Positions 1-12,591 of a stretch of DNA of 64,000 nucleotides are shown here, in pieces. The position numbers and the translations under genes were made by a program. The notes under the pieces were generated by a model, which worked only from the letters and a program-made list of their open reading frames with translations, was not told the origin of the DNA and did no database searches. This DNA is from Mobula hypostoma (lineage: Eukaryota), in NCBI RefSeq assembly GCF_963921235.1, contig NC_086108.1:69504001-69568000 (forward strand), given 5' to 3'. How positions within the stretch are numbered: position 1 is the first letter of the stretch; each line of letters starts with the position of its first letter.

Positions 1-650
1 TTCCATTTGAAGTTCAGTTCTTTGTTTGTATAGCTCCTCAGAAGGAGCCATAACATATTTCTTATCAATTTCTTTAATCTTGTCCACAATTACCATCTCC
101 TCCTGCTTCTGTTTCTTCCTCAAAGCAACGGAATACGAAATAATCTGACCCCGAATATAGGCTTTAAAAGTGTCCCAAAGAGTGTTAACCGAAATATCTT
201 CTGTATGGTTAATTGTAAAAAAAAGCTCAATCTGTTCATTCATAAAATTAACAAAGTCCGAGTCCTGAAGCAACAGCGAATTAAAACGCCATTGTCTATT
301 GTTTGATATATTGGCCATAATTTTAATAGAAAGCTTAAGTGGAGCATGATCCGAAATGGTTATAGAATCATAATCACATTTAATCACTGAAGGAATGAGA
401 CGAGAATCAATGAAAAAATAATCAATTCTTGAATAGGAATGATGAACATGTGAAAAGAAGGAAAAATCTTTTTCCTGAGGATGCAGAAAACGCCAAATGT
501 CCGTCGACCCAGAATCAGAAAGGAAAAAATTAATCAAATTTGCAGATTTATTAGGTAAAGTCCGTAAAGGAGCCGAACGGTCCAAAGCTGGAGATAAACA
601 GGTATTAAGATCTCCGCCCCAAATCAATGAAAACTCGTTCAAATTCGGAA
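1..650 (-). mobile_element. L1-clade LINE ORF2 fragment (AP endonuclease region), 5'-truncated, continues beyond window start
   Basis: Minus strand reads LIWGGDLN, FSFFSHVHHSYSRIDYF, ITISDHAPL and WRFNSLLL, collinear with the ORF2 at 33372-37997. Confidence 0.88.
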
Positions 651-1010
651 ACTGATCAAACCTTCAGTCCTGTATTCATCACCTTTTTGATTTTGCCCCC
701 ATGTTACACTTCAACTCATCCCACTAGCTGCAATTTTGCCCTATCACTCTGGTTCCCATTCCCCTGCCAAATGAGTTTAAACCCTCCCCAACAGCTCTGG
801 CAAATCTGCCCACAAGGATTTTGGTCCTACTCAGGTTCAGGTTAACCTGTCCCCTTTGTACAGGTAATACCTTCTCCAGAAGAGATCCCAATGATACAGA
901 AACCTGAAACCCTGCCCCTTTTTTGCACCACTTCCTCAACCACGCATTCATCAGTACCTTCATCTTATTCCTGCCTTGATTAGCACATGGCACTGGGAGT
1001 AATTCAGAGT
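651..1010 (-). mobile_element. CR1-type LINE fragment, ORF1 SGNH-esterase C-terminus
   Basis: Frameshifted peptide MNAWLRKWC...LNLSRTKILVGRFARAVGEGLN typical of CR1 ORF1. Confidence 0.7.
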
Positions 1011-1124
1011 CTATGACTTTGGAGCATCCAAGTTGAAGTGAATGGACACCATGGATGTCTAAAGTGACTTTCCCCATCTACTCAAATGCTTTAACATGTA
1101 CGGTATCAAGCCTATTGCATACAG

Positions 1125-1812
1125 AAAGGTTGATGTTTGTGTTCTTGGATTTTCAGAAGGCCTTTGACAAGGTGCCACACGAAGCTGCGAGCTACGAGCC
1201 CATGGTATTACAAGAAAGATTCTGGCATGGATAAAGCAGTGGCTGATTGGCAGGAGGTAAAGAGTGGGAATACAGGGAGCCTCTCCTGGCAAGTTGCTGA
1301 TGAATATTGGTGTTCCACAGGGGTCTGTGTTGGAACCGTTTCTTTTTATGTTATATGTCAATGATTTGGATGATAGAATTGATGGCTTTGTTGCAAAGTT
1401 TGCAGACGATATGAAGATAGATAGAGGGGTCACACCCTTTGGTAGAAGAAGTGAAAGGGTTGACAAGTTTTTAAACGGAGAGAAAATACAAAAAAACTGA
1501 GGTACAAAGGGAGTTGGGAGTCCTTGTGCAGAATTTCCCCAAAAGGTTAATTTGCAGGTTGAGTTTGTGGTGAGGAAGGCAAATGCAACGTTCACATTCA
1601 TTTCAAGAGGACTAGAATATAAAAGCAAGGCTGTAATATTGAGACTTTATAAAGCACTGGTGAAGCCTCACTTGGAGTATTGTGAGCAGGGTTTATCTTA
1701 GAAAAGATGTGCTGAAAGAGGCGAGGATTCAATGGAGGTTCACAAAAATGATTCCAGAATTGAATGGCTTGACATTTGAAGTGTGCTTGATGGCTTTGGG
1801 TCTGTATTGACT
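1125..1812 (+). mobile_element. CR1-type LINE reverse transcriptase fragment (decayed)
   Basis: FLDFQKAFDKVPH, GVPQGSVLEP, YVNDLD and KFADD motifs across frames. Confidence 0.88.
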
Positions 1813-2400
1813 ATTGTAACATTGCCCTTTTGGCATGAATTTTCTATCTCCTATTGTAACTTGTAGGCCACATCCTTACTACTGTTTGGGGGGGGGGGGC
1901 GGTCTGCATGCAACTCCCATCAGGATGTTTTTACCCTTGCAATTCCTTGGCTCTATCCACAATGGTTCAATACCTTCCACCCCTATGTCACCTCTTTCTA
2001 ATGGTCCTATTTTTGTTTTACCAACAGAGCCACACGGCCCCTTCTGCCTTCCTGCCTGTCCATTCAATACAATGTGTATCCTTAGACATTAAGCTCCCAG
2101 CTGTAATCTTCTTTCGGCCATGATTCAGTGATGCCTACAACATCATACCTGCCAATCTGCAACTGTGCTGCAAGTTCATCTACCTTATTCCATATTCTGC
2201 GGGCATTCAAAAAAAAAAACACCTTCAGACCTGTGTTCATCCTTTTCGATTTTGTCTACCTTTATGTTGCAACTCATCCTGTTGACCGCAATTTTGCCCA
2301 ATCAACAGCCTCTCTTCACTACACATTGCCTCCGTTTGTAAATTAGCTACCTCATCTTAGCACAATGCTCAACCTTTTGATTCCTAACTTTGTCTGAGGT
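1813..2400 (-). mobile_element. CR1-type LINE fragments (endonuclease region)
   Basis: Minus-strand EPLWIEPRNCKGKNILMGVACRPP resembles the CR1 APE motif; boundaries approximate. Confidence 0.6.
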
Positions 2401-2459
2401 CTTACCAGGCTCTACCTCCACAACCTCTCCATGAACTGTTGTGGCACTCTGGTTCCAAG

Positions 2460-3088
2460 GAGAGAGAGGGAAATGGGAATGGGGAATGGTGAAGGAGAAG
2501 GTAGGGAGTGGACAATTACCAGAAGTTCGAGAGTACCCACAGTAGAGGTGGCTATGGATTGCTGTGTTGAGACCACACTCAGGTTGGAGGAACAACACCT
2601 TACATTCCATCTGGGCTGCCTCCGACCTGATGGCATGAACATTGATTTAGTTGAACTTCCGGTAATTGCTTCCCCCACCTCTCCTTCAGCATTCCCCATT
2701 CCCATTTCCTTCTCTCACTTTAGCTCCTTACCTGCCCATCACCTCCCTCTGGTGCTCCTCCCCCTTCCCTTTCTTCGATGGCTTTCCATCCTCTCCTACA
2801 GATTCCCCCTTCTCCAGCCCTTTATCTCTTTCACCAATTGACTTCCCAGCTCTTTATTTCACCCTTCCCCTCTCCCAGTTTCACTGATCACCTAGTATTT
2901 CTTGTTCTCCTTCCCCTACCTTCTTACTCTGACTTCCAAATTTCTCCCCCCCCAGTTCTGCTGAAAGGACTTGGACCGAAATGACGACTGTTTACTCTTT
3001 CCCTATAGATGCTGCTTGGCTTGCTGAGTTCTTCTAGCATTTTGTGTGAGTTGCTCGGATTTCCAGTATCTGCGATTTTCTCGTTTGC
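2460..3088 (+). mobile_element. Penelope-like element 3' fragment with inverted 5' arm and a degenerate hammerhead motif (~2953-2990)
   Basis: GIY-YIG C-terminal peptide LRLEEQHLTFHLGCLRPDGMNID; ~2460-2530 is an inverted copy of ~2650-2717; 3' end shared with 22131-22842. Confidence 0.75.
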
Positions 3089-3887
3089 AACTTCTTTTGT
3101 AGTTATAATTCCAGCTACCAAGTCAAACTGTTTTCTTTTTAATCACCAATCAACTATTAATACAGCTTTTGTGAACAACGTTGATTTTGTAGATTTTTTG
3201 TGAGCAAGATAATTATAAGGAGTCAATGTGTTTCAAAAGAATTAGTTTGCGAAATTTCTGAGGCACATGATAAAGTTTTATTTAATTGTTTTCAGGCTAA
3301 GTTACGGCACTCTCCATATGCAGCTTGCAATCTCTGTATGTAAAAGAAAAGCTTAACCTATATTACTCTCAAATTGTTACAATCATTGTTCAGCCTCTAT
3401 AACAGAAAAATCTCTAGGGTGTACAGGAGTTAAGAGGCAGAAGCAACTGAGGAATGTGATCAAGGATAAAAGAAGCCAATTTTATGTTTATATTCTACAT
3501 TTGACTTGTCCTATTCTTTATTCAGCACTTATAAGACCTTTAGTATTAAGTTATTTTCACAAATTATTCAAAAGGATATGTTCATTCCTAACAAAGCACA
3601 GCTAGGAATTTTTTAGAATGCTGTATTAGAATGAGTCTCTAACTTGTTACAACATTAATTTGAGAGTTTTTCTAAATATAAATTATTTCATGATTATTAA
3701 TGTTGTAGTTCTTAAATAAGATAGGCTACTGAAAGTATAATATTTAATTAAAAATACTTCAAGTGTGAACAGAAAGGGAATTTACTACTATCTATTAAAC
3801 TTATTCAACATTCTATCCAGCCAATTTTCTGAATCTTAAAGGATTTAAAATAAGTACTAACATGTTCCATGATATATTCACAATTAC

Positions 3888-3964
3888 CTGTGATAGTGTA
3901 TTAAAATTTGCAAATCCACTTCCAAATGAATCATTTCCAAACACTGAGACAAAAGGATCAGTAA
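3888..3964 (-). CDS. EPS15: EPS15 coding exon (77 nt): (V)TDPFVSVFGNDSFGSGFANFNTLSQ
   Basis: tgtttcag|TT acceptor, CAG|gtaatt donor, phase 1-0; similar to human TDPFASVFGNESFGGGFADFSTLSK. Later exons lie beyond the window start. Confidence 0.95.
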
Positions 3965-5564
3965 CTGAAACACAGAAAGGATGTGATATCAGTATCATTA
4001 CAAAAACAATTCTTTTGATGCCCATTTCAGATAACTAATGTCAATCATAGCAGCTACGTTGAACTGCAATCACATTAGCAAACATAGTCTAGAACACAGT
4101 GCAAACTATTCTCAAAAGATTTCTGACAGGCGCCTCAAATGTGGGAAAATATTGGATATGTGCTCACTGATAAAATATAAAAAGGCAAATGGGACTCAAG
4201 CCATGTTGTACTTAATTCACAGGAAATCACATACTTCCATGAGCATATGTTATGGCACTATTATATATTTAAATGTACATGGGGAGAAGTACACAAGAAA
4301 GATATTTTTGACGTTCAGAGTATACTTGGATGCACAATCTCTTAAGGTGCATTAACATTAATATAGGTAAATTGTTTTGCAATGTTGCTGCAGTTACGGT
4401 AAAGACTATTTGCAAAGAATTTCACTGCTTACAAAATGTTTTCAAATGCCCAAAGGGTGCTAAAACTGCAATGTATATATGAAATCATTTTGCACTTGGG
4501 CTAGGAAATAGGAAGAGCATGGCAAAGAAGGAGGGAAGGCCTGCTTGCCAGGAGCAACAATGGATGGGATTTTGCGTAGCTTATTTCATACGGCTGTCAT
4601 TAACATTATTTAGCCACATATTCTAACCTTCATAGAAAGTAACTTCTACACAATAAAGATAAACGCAATTAATTTGGTTGTGGTTAATGAGAGATCTACC
4701 AGCATGTTGTGAAACTCTCCTCTGTTTTTAAATCAATAAGAGTGACAGAAGGAAAATCCATTGGTCCAGTTAGTTTATCTCATGTAGAGGTGATGACCCA
4801 TGCATCACAGAACAGACACTCCCCGTTCTGCTGAGAGATAAAAAAGATGAAAACCAGGTAGAGCGCTTACAATCTGGAAAACTCATCTCCAACCTCATCA
4901 CGTGATCAAGAGCAGCTCAAGGTGTCTCACCTACCTCAATTTACAAGACATCTTGAGCTTCTACCAGCAGCAACAAACAAGTTGAGTCTTCACTTGAATT
5001 CTGGCCTCTTGAACATCTTTTATGTTTTTCAAAGCCATACCCAAGTGCCAAGGCTCAAACCTTGAAACACTTCTCCAAACTTTGCACTGGTCAACCTCTT
5101 CAATTCAAAATCTCTCTCTTTGGCCAATTCTTTGGCTATCTGGCTCATAGCAGAAGCCCCTTAACTTGTACTACGGGTATACTGTTAAAACCGTCCATTA
5201 ATATACAATTTTGTTTTAATCTTGCATAAGCTGTACGTATGACAGAGGACCAGGGGACATGAACTAAGATAACTTCCTCACACATTCAGAAACTAGCTTT
5301 TCAATTACTTCACAAACAATTTTCTAAGGTTCTTGCTTTTTTAAAACCATAGAGAAGTCCCCACCCATACATATAAGTTTCAGTTTGAGAAATATCTATG
5401 TAACATACTCTGCCCACTTTTCGAAATCTCAATATCCTCATATGCAAGGACCACAGTTTAGTAACTTGGGGTTATTTAATGTCTTGCACAAGGACAAAAT
5501 AGTTGGCTTTGTTTTGCAGTGGATTGTTCCTATGAACAAAACCAAGAACTTTATTGCTTAGATA

Positions 5565-5820
5565 GCAACCATGTGGCAGTACCTCATCTTCTGGCAGTTC
5601 ATTCCACTCGTCTGCCACTCTCTAATGAGTAATATCACCCCACAGGTTCTCTTTAAATCTTTCCCCTCTCACCTTAAACCTTCTAATCTTAAACTTTCCT
5701 TATCTGTGCCCCTCAGGATTTTACATACCTCTATAAGATCACCCCTCAGCCTCCTACACTCTAGGAAAAATAACGCTTGCCCACCCAATCTCTCCTTTTA
5801 ACTCAACCCCTCCAGTTCCA
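5565..5820 (-). mobile_element. Decayed CR1 3' fragment
   Basis: Similar to the 3' part of 14227-14970 (acctctataagatcacccctcagcctcctac...). Confidence 0.55.
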
Positions 5821-6696
5821 ATTACATGTGTATTCAGTTTTTGTGTGAAACATCTTATAATTATTCTTTTTAAATTCCGCGATAAAATTCAATTCACTAG
5901 ATGTGGGGTGCTAATTAGTCACATATGGCTAATAGTCAATATAATAGACAACAGTGCATTATGGGGAAAAGATTGGGCAGGCACATTGTTTACGTGCCCA
6001 ACACCAGACTCCCAAAACCAACACTCTAGTCTAATTCTACCTGAGAAAAGTTTGCCAGGTAGACAAGGATTTTCTCAAAATCTCCTTGGAAAAACTGTAA
6101 TATTTCTCCCCAATTCCTGGAAAAACTGTCTAGAATATCTAAAGAGGAACATTCGGGAGAGGAACCTCAAATCCATAGTCATAGTCATACTTTATTGATC
6201 CCGGGGGAAATTGGTTTTCGTTACAGTTGCACCATAAATAATTAAATAGTAATAAAACCATAAATAGTTAAATAGTAATATGTAAATTATGCCAGGAATT
6301 TATATTAGGAGACCAAGAAAGCCCAAGGAAGGTACACACCATTTCATAAACTACCCACCCCATCACCCTTGCATCTCCTGCTCGGAGGAAGATAACAAAA
6401 TTTTCACATTAGCATCATCAGAACCCACAGAACATGAGTAGAAGCAGGCATCCTTGGTCCTGAGTGAGTGCTTATGAAAGACAGTGGGAATTGGTTTACA
6501 GAAAATTTGGGACAACTCATGGAAAGGCTAGAGATACAGATAAACTGGAAAGGTGGAGCACTAAAAAGGGCAGTAACAGTGAGTGCAAAGGAATGGCGAC
6601 ATGTGAATGACAACATGAATACCTAATTAGCTAATTTCTGTAAACAACAGAAGGCTGACATAACAGTATTAATCATTGTTAACTTAAATTTCTCAC

Positions 6697-6766
6697 CTGC
6701 ATCAGCAGTGGATGAGACTGTACCACCACCAGGAACAAATGGATCATTGGCATTTATTGCTTCTGT
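6697..6766 (-). CDS. EPS15: EPS15 coding exon (70 nt): TEAINANDPFVPGGGTVSSTADA
   Basis: ttttag|ACA acceptor, CAG|gtgaga donor, phase 0-1; similar to human NDPFAPGGTVV. Confidence 0.92.
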
Positions 6767-7324
6767 CTAAAATCAAATGTATATAAACGTAACTCTAAAC
6801 TTTGTTTTATATACAGTGAAAATTCAGAAAACTGAAAAATCAGATGTTTTATATTGATGTATATATTGCTATGTAAAAGAAATCCCAATTTGTTCGGGAT
6901 ACGCAGAATCAAGACATTGGAACTTAGTCCATAAAAATATTTAATAGCCATGGTGCACACCTTCAGACACCCAGCCCAAAGACATAAGGCAAAGGTCAAT
7001 TGATTCCAAACAATTGGATTATTGATCATTATAGAATGTCTCTCTGATTCTATTTATTATAAATTATTATAAATTACTATGATCGCACATTTAGACAAAT
7101 GTAAAGATTTTTACTCCTCATGTATGTGAAGGATATAAGAAATGAAGTCAATTCAATTTAATTCCACCCCCTTCCCCTATTTCCAGCCATGATTTCCCTC
7201 TCCCTGCCCCATTTCCACTCTCAGTTCACAATAGAGACCCACATCAGAATCAGGTTTATGATCACTCATATGTCATGAAATCTTTTTTTGAGGCAACAGT
7301 ACAGTGCAATACATAAAATTACTA

Positions 7325-7391
7325 CAGTACTGTGCAAAACTCTTAGGCACCTTAGCTATATATATGTGCCCAAGATTTTTGCACAGTACTG
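7325..7391. mobile_element. 67-bp Tc1/mariner-type hairpin MITE
   Basis: TA|CAGTACTGTGCAAAACTCTTAGGCAC ... GTGCCCAAGATTTTTGCACAGTACTG|TA: ~26-bp imperfect TIRs, TA TSD, 15-nt spacer. Confidence 0.8.
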
Positions 7392-8537
7392 TACCAATTA
7401 TCACAAAACATCCAAAGAGGGATTTCAGATATCTCCCAAAAGTAAGGAAGTTTTACAAACAAAGGAAAACAGAAGTTCCTCTTGGATTCTTGATACCATT
7501 CAAAAAGTGCCGCTGAGTTGAACCGATGATCTTATAATTTATGTTCCTGTTGTATGTACGGCCCTGCCTGTGATGAGTTAGCGGATATCCGGGAAAACCA
7601 ATGACACTGTATCAATCCTAGTTATTTTTTCTAAATATAATACACACTAAATTTGTGGACTGAGCATGGAAGACAAAAATTTCCAGGAGAAAGATTACTC
7701 CATTGAAGATCTTACCATTCAATAGCACGTATCCAAAAAATTTCAGTGCTCTTTTAATTTTGGCTCAAATCAAGAGTTCATGGGTCATGCAATTCAGAGG
7801 AAACATTGTCAAGGCAAAGTATTGAAGTAAATGATACTTTTGTAACTGTATTGAATCACCTATTGATCTCAAGGACATAAAATGTGATGTACTTTTGAGC
7901 TTGTTTTGATGAATAAAGACTTCTATATCACCAGGTTCAGTGTTTCTCCAGTGACTTTGACCACAGACTCAACAGCTCCAAACAGACCTCAGCCTGGGGT
8001 TGGGAACCTTGCTCAGGTAGATGCCTTTGCTCACCTCTTTACAGCGGACTTCCACGCATCAATCTAATTTCCTGCCTCCTCATTCCAATTTGACTTTGGC
8101 TGAGGCTGTGAATTAACCATCACCTTCTTAGACCTGGCGCCAAGTCCTAGGGTTGCCTTTGTATGCTTGGTAATAGGTCAGCATGCAAAAGGAAGTGTGC
8201 AAGGGCCACTCTTTGTCCAGGCCTCAGGCCTCAGGCCTCACTGAATTTTGCAACAACAGACTCTCAAAATGAACAATATTCCTGAAACAAATTTCTAGGC
8301 CATGTTCTACAGAACTGTTTCAAAACGTATTCATTTTCAGGATGTGGCATTTGTTGTTAAAAACAATTAATGCCCATCGCTAATTGCCCTTGAGCAAAAC
8401 AGTTTGCTCTGTTAGGTCTGCTTTGAAGTCACAAGGATCAGTCTTGGTAAGGACAGCAGCTTTCTTTCCCCAAGGAATATTGATCAACCAGTTAGTTTTT
8501 AAAATGTGTGTGTGTGGGGGGGGGGGGCAGAGTTATG

Positions 8538-9350
8538 ATGGCACTAGTCAGCGACGACTTTGAGCTCTCTGCAGAAACATTAATTTCTACATTTAATGTC
8601 TCTTTTTTTCCCTTTTCAAGGTGGATGGGGTTCTGTCAAAGACTCTGACCTGGAGCTACACTCAATCTTCGGTTCTTTATAATGTTGGTTCCTGCTCTCG
8701 GCTGTTTTATCATATCGCAAGGACAGGGCCTAGAAGATGAGTATGCCTTCAGGGTTCCGAGACTTTGCGGCCCTGGGAACAAGTTGATTATAAGCCAGGA
8801 ACACCAATTGAAACGTCACTGGATTAAACAGAATATCAGGAACAGTGGATCAGCTTTGGGGGCTCTCTACTTGGATCACTCTCTCTCTTTCTCTTGTTGG
8901 TGGGGAAGAGCTTGTTACTCGGGGAAATAAAGCAATTCGGCAGACATTAACATCGTAAATCAGCGAGTTGTTTTGTTTCTGTCTCCTCTCTCGCTGTGTA
9001 ACACCTCTGTGCCCCTTTATCAGGAAGAGAGAGCCTGTGGCATGTTGAATTGTTGGGTGAACAATTAGTTTTTGTTGTATTGCAGATCATGGTTTCTCTT
9101 GGGGGCTTTGCTATTGCTTCTTGGTGGGTGGAGGCTGCTGCTGTGTTATGCTGAATGGGGTGGGGGAGGGGGAGGGGTCGGTGCTTTGCCGCTGCTTGTA
9201 CATGGGAGGAGGAGTGGGGGGGCTTTGGGGTTCTAACATTGTTATTGTTACTTATTCTTTGGGGTACTCTTCTGTTTTTTGTGGATGTCTGCGAAGAACA
9301 AGAATTTCGGGCTGTATGTTATATATATTCTCTGATATTACATGGAACGA
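8538..9350 (+). mobile_element. Non-autonomous non-LTR repeat, copy 1 (homologous to 20510-21310)
   Basis: Shared blocks gtaaatcagcgagttg..., gagagcctgtgg.atgttgaattgt, gggggctttgctattgctt and gaagaacaagaatttc; no long ORF. Confidence 0.7.
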
Positions 9351-9747
9351 TTGAACTACTGATCCAGTGGCTTCTGGGCTAATATTATTGACTCAAGGTT
9401 ACATCAACTAAATTCAAATGCCCCAGTTTTGGCAACAACATCTAAACTCTCAGTTCTTCCGGCAATTGATAGTCCCGTAATGTAATCAATAAGTAACCCC
9501 TTGGATTTAAGACTTAGATCCAGCTTTTTTTTTAAAGACACTGTATTATGGGTGGAACTTACTCTGATAAAGATTATTCTGCTCTTCTATTTCATTATTA
9601 ACTGGAACTTACAGCCCAGCAAGGTTTGCAGTGGTAATCACTTCATTCCATACTATTATGCTGGCTGCCTTATCAGCTTTAGATTGGTTTCTTTGTATTT
9701 TGTTTAACAATAATGGCAACTGAATACATAATATGTCCCATACTTAC

Positions 9748-9893
9748 TGATTCCACATTAGTATTGGTTAATGTATTATTGAAAAGATCACCCTCTGTGG
9801 CTGTAAACGGGTCATTTGCAGACTGCTGAAAGAAGTTATCAGAGGCATCAGCAAAAGGGTCTGTGCCTTTAAAAGGATCACCTCCAAAAGGAT
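9748..9893 (-). CDS. EPS15: EPS15 coding exon (146 nt), DPF repeats: (D)PFGGDPFKGTDPFADASDNFFQQSANDPFTATEGDLFNNTLTNTNVES
   Basis: tttgcag|AT acceptor, TCA|gtaagt donor, phase 1-0; similar to human DPFGGDPFKGSDPFASDCFFRQSTDPF. Confidence 0.96.
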
Positions 9894-11899
9894 CTGCAAA
9901 ACACCATAACAAAAATTATAGCACAATCAAAAAACAAGTTATAGCAGAGATGATGCCTACTGTAATTATCAGTTAGCTCTGAGCTCACTAGAAATAATTA
10001 TTAAGCCCAGATATGCAAGACAAAATTCCTCCAAATGTAGGCTAAATGTATTCAAACAAATAGCTTCATGACATTCTGGTTCAGGGTCTATGATCAGAGA
10101 TATTCTCTCAGCTTCTCTTTAAACAGGTCCTTTAAACCGACTGAGTGTTCCCAGCCGTTTCTGGTTTTAATTTCATATTTTCAGTATGTACAGTTTTTGG
10201 ATTTTCAAGCTTCCTGTTGTAACTAAGAGAGCTCAGGAAAAATTGCAAACATTTATACCCAGTGAGCAGGTTCCACCCATTTGAATGTCATAACCTGTAG
10301 TTGTCCAAGTTCCAAGTGGAACACCAGTAAGAGTTTTTGAGAGGATCAGGGGCTGTTTATACTGCAAAAAATCCACCACAGAATGAATGAAGTTTCACAA
10401 ACAAGAAAAAGTAGTTCTTAAAAATTCAGTTTGAACAATTTTATCCTCCTTTGAGAACATCACCTTTTAAAGTTATGAAAGCCAGTAATTTTTTTTAATT
10501 TCCAGATTACATCAAATTACTAGCATAACATTTCATAGCTAGATTTGCAGATGAACTGGTAAGTTCTTAAACTGGCAAGCTGTTAAACTAGAATGATTAC
10601 TCTCCCATCCTTGTCTCCTGCACTTTTGCTTTCCCTCCTTAGTTTAATAAACACTGTAATAATAAACATTATTTACTTGCGCAGCACATTGGCATTTCTT
10701 TCCACAGCAGATGTGGCCATTGCATGATGTGTAAATGAGACACACAGGGAATACAATGAATCACTTTTACTATAAGGTTAAAATATGAATATGAATTGAC
10801 AGGCACCAATATTTCCGACACAAATTTCGAATACTGGCTACAGAATGAGACTTAAAAATGGTGGAGATAGAGCAGGAAATTCCTCACTGTTCTCTCTCAA
10901 TTTTTTATTAGTTCATGATATGTGAAGTTTGATATGATGTTTTTGTATACAGCGAGTACCTGATTAGCTCACTCCAATGGAGATCTAAGCAAATATCAGG
11001 TCTTTCCTCCTAAGTAATGCACATGACACATACCTAACCTTTCATTCCCTTGAGTGTAGAAGAGCGCTGACAGCATTTACATTATTTCTATGCAATGCTA
11101 ATTCAGGCTGGCCTTCACATGCTTATATGCTCATCCTGTTCACCAGTCACTGAATATCTGCTGATCTATAACGGTTTCTCTGCAGTAACTCAGTTTTAAA
11201 ATTGTTACGCTTACATTCTACTTTCTCTGTGCTGTCATTTCTTCCTGCCTTTGTACTCTCCTCCCGTCCCAATAGCTTTGAGGTATCTGTGCAGTTCAAA
11301 TACTGGCATCATTTGCAGCTTAATTTTAATTACTCCACCACCTGTGCTGGTGCCTTCACTTGCCAGGGCCCCATGATCTGAAGTCTCTACCCTAAATCAC
11401 TCCACCAGTCTACCCATTTCTCATCATTTAAGGTGCTCCTTAAAGCCTAGCCCATGGCCAGGTTTTGGTCACCTGTCCTGAATTTTCATGTGTGGCTTGA
11501 ATCAATATTCTTCTCTAAAGTGCCCTAGGAGCTTTTGCTCCATCAAAAATGTGTATAGGGCTGGTGTAGCAGAAATTTAACATTTGAATTTTCCTGACAA
11601 ATGTGTCATCATGATTGTAAGTAATAAAAATCAGAACATTATATACTTGAACTGATCTTATTGTAAGAATAGATAAGCAGTTTGATGCCAATAAACATCA
11701 CGTTAAGCATTAAATAAAATTGCCATGCCTCAACTAAAACTGTTTATCTCTCATTACACCATGCATGACCCCACAACAAAAGCTCTGCTATCTTTTAAAA
11801 ACTGTCTCACCTTATTTAGAGTTGAGAGAAAGAATCGGCTTTATATTCAGTCCCATTCCATCCCCATTATTTTCTTGCAAGGCATTGTACTGTCTTATT

Positions 11900-12130
11900 T
11901 CTCATAGATCTATCAATTACCCTTTGATTCTTTTTGGCACTTTAGACTAAGGAGAAATTTATGGTAGCCTACAGCAAATCTTTGGGAAGTGAGAGGAAAC
12001 TAGAGCAACTACCGGAAACCTTGCCCTCACAGGGAGAAATTGAGCACTGCACACAAGAACAAAGCACCTGAGATCAGGATCAAACCTGGGAGCTTCAAGG
12101 CAGCAATGCTAACTGCAATGTCACGTTGTC
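11900..12130 (-). mobile_element. tRNA-derived SINE (V-SINE/HE1-like), decayed
   Basis: Minus strand: gttagcattgctgcc...ccaggtttgatcc (box A/B-like) then tttcctctcacttcccaaaga. Related copies at ~30720-30900 (-), ~46290-46450 (-) and ~54838-55060 (+). Confidence 0.6.
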
Positions 12131-12195
12131 TGTCCTAGTGCACATTCAGTGAAACAGCTTCAGGTGGAAGTAACTTGCAATTTTTTTTTCCTTAC

Positions 12196-12240
12196 CTGCA
12201 ATGTCAACCTTCCCAAATAGATCATCCTTAAAGGGATCAT
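12196..12240 (-). CDS. EPS15: EPS15 small coding exon (45 nt): (N)DPFKDDLFGKVDIA
   Basis: tttttccctag|AT acceptor, CAG|gtaagg donor, phase 1-1; similar to human SDPFKDDPFGKI. Confidence 0.93.
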
Positions 12241-12566
12241 CTAGGGAAAAAAATAATTAAATTAAATGATGTTTAAAGAATAACTTTTTCAAGAATAGAT
12301 CAACAACAATTACACAGGGACATGTGTGTTTTATTGTGCAATCATGTTCCTTATCTGAAAACTATTGCTGCTTTTTTGTGTATTATATAGTTAATATTTA
12401 ATATTTTCTTTACTTTAGCAAAGAATGTGAAATGACTGATTCTGAATTGGGAAAGGAGTGAAAAGGAAAGATAAGGCAAGGTGGAAGGGTAGGGCTTGTG
12501 GAGAGGGTAAAGGAAGAGAAAGGAGAAAGTGAAAAATGGAGGGGATGGAGACAATTGTCGGAGGAA

Positions 12567-12591
12567 AGAGAGAGAGAGAGAGAGAGAGAGA
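12567..12591. repeat. (AG)n microsatellite
   Basis: About 12 perfect AG units, seen directly. Confidence 0.95.

Noticed and set aside
11900..12130. tRNA gene
   Set aside because: Only decayed box A/B-like motifs followed by a SINE body; no cloverleaf.
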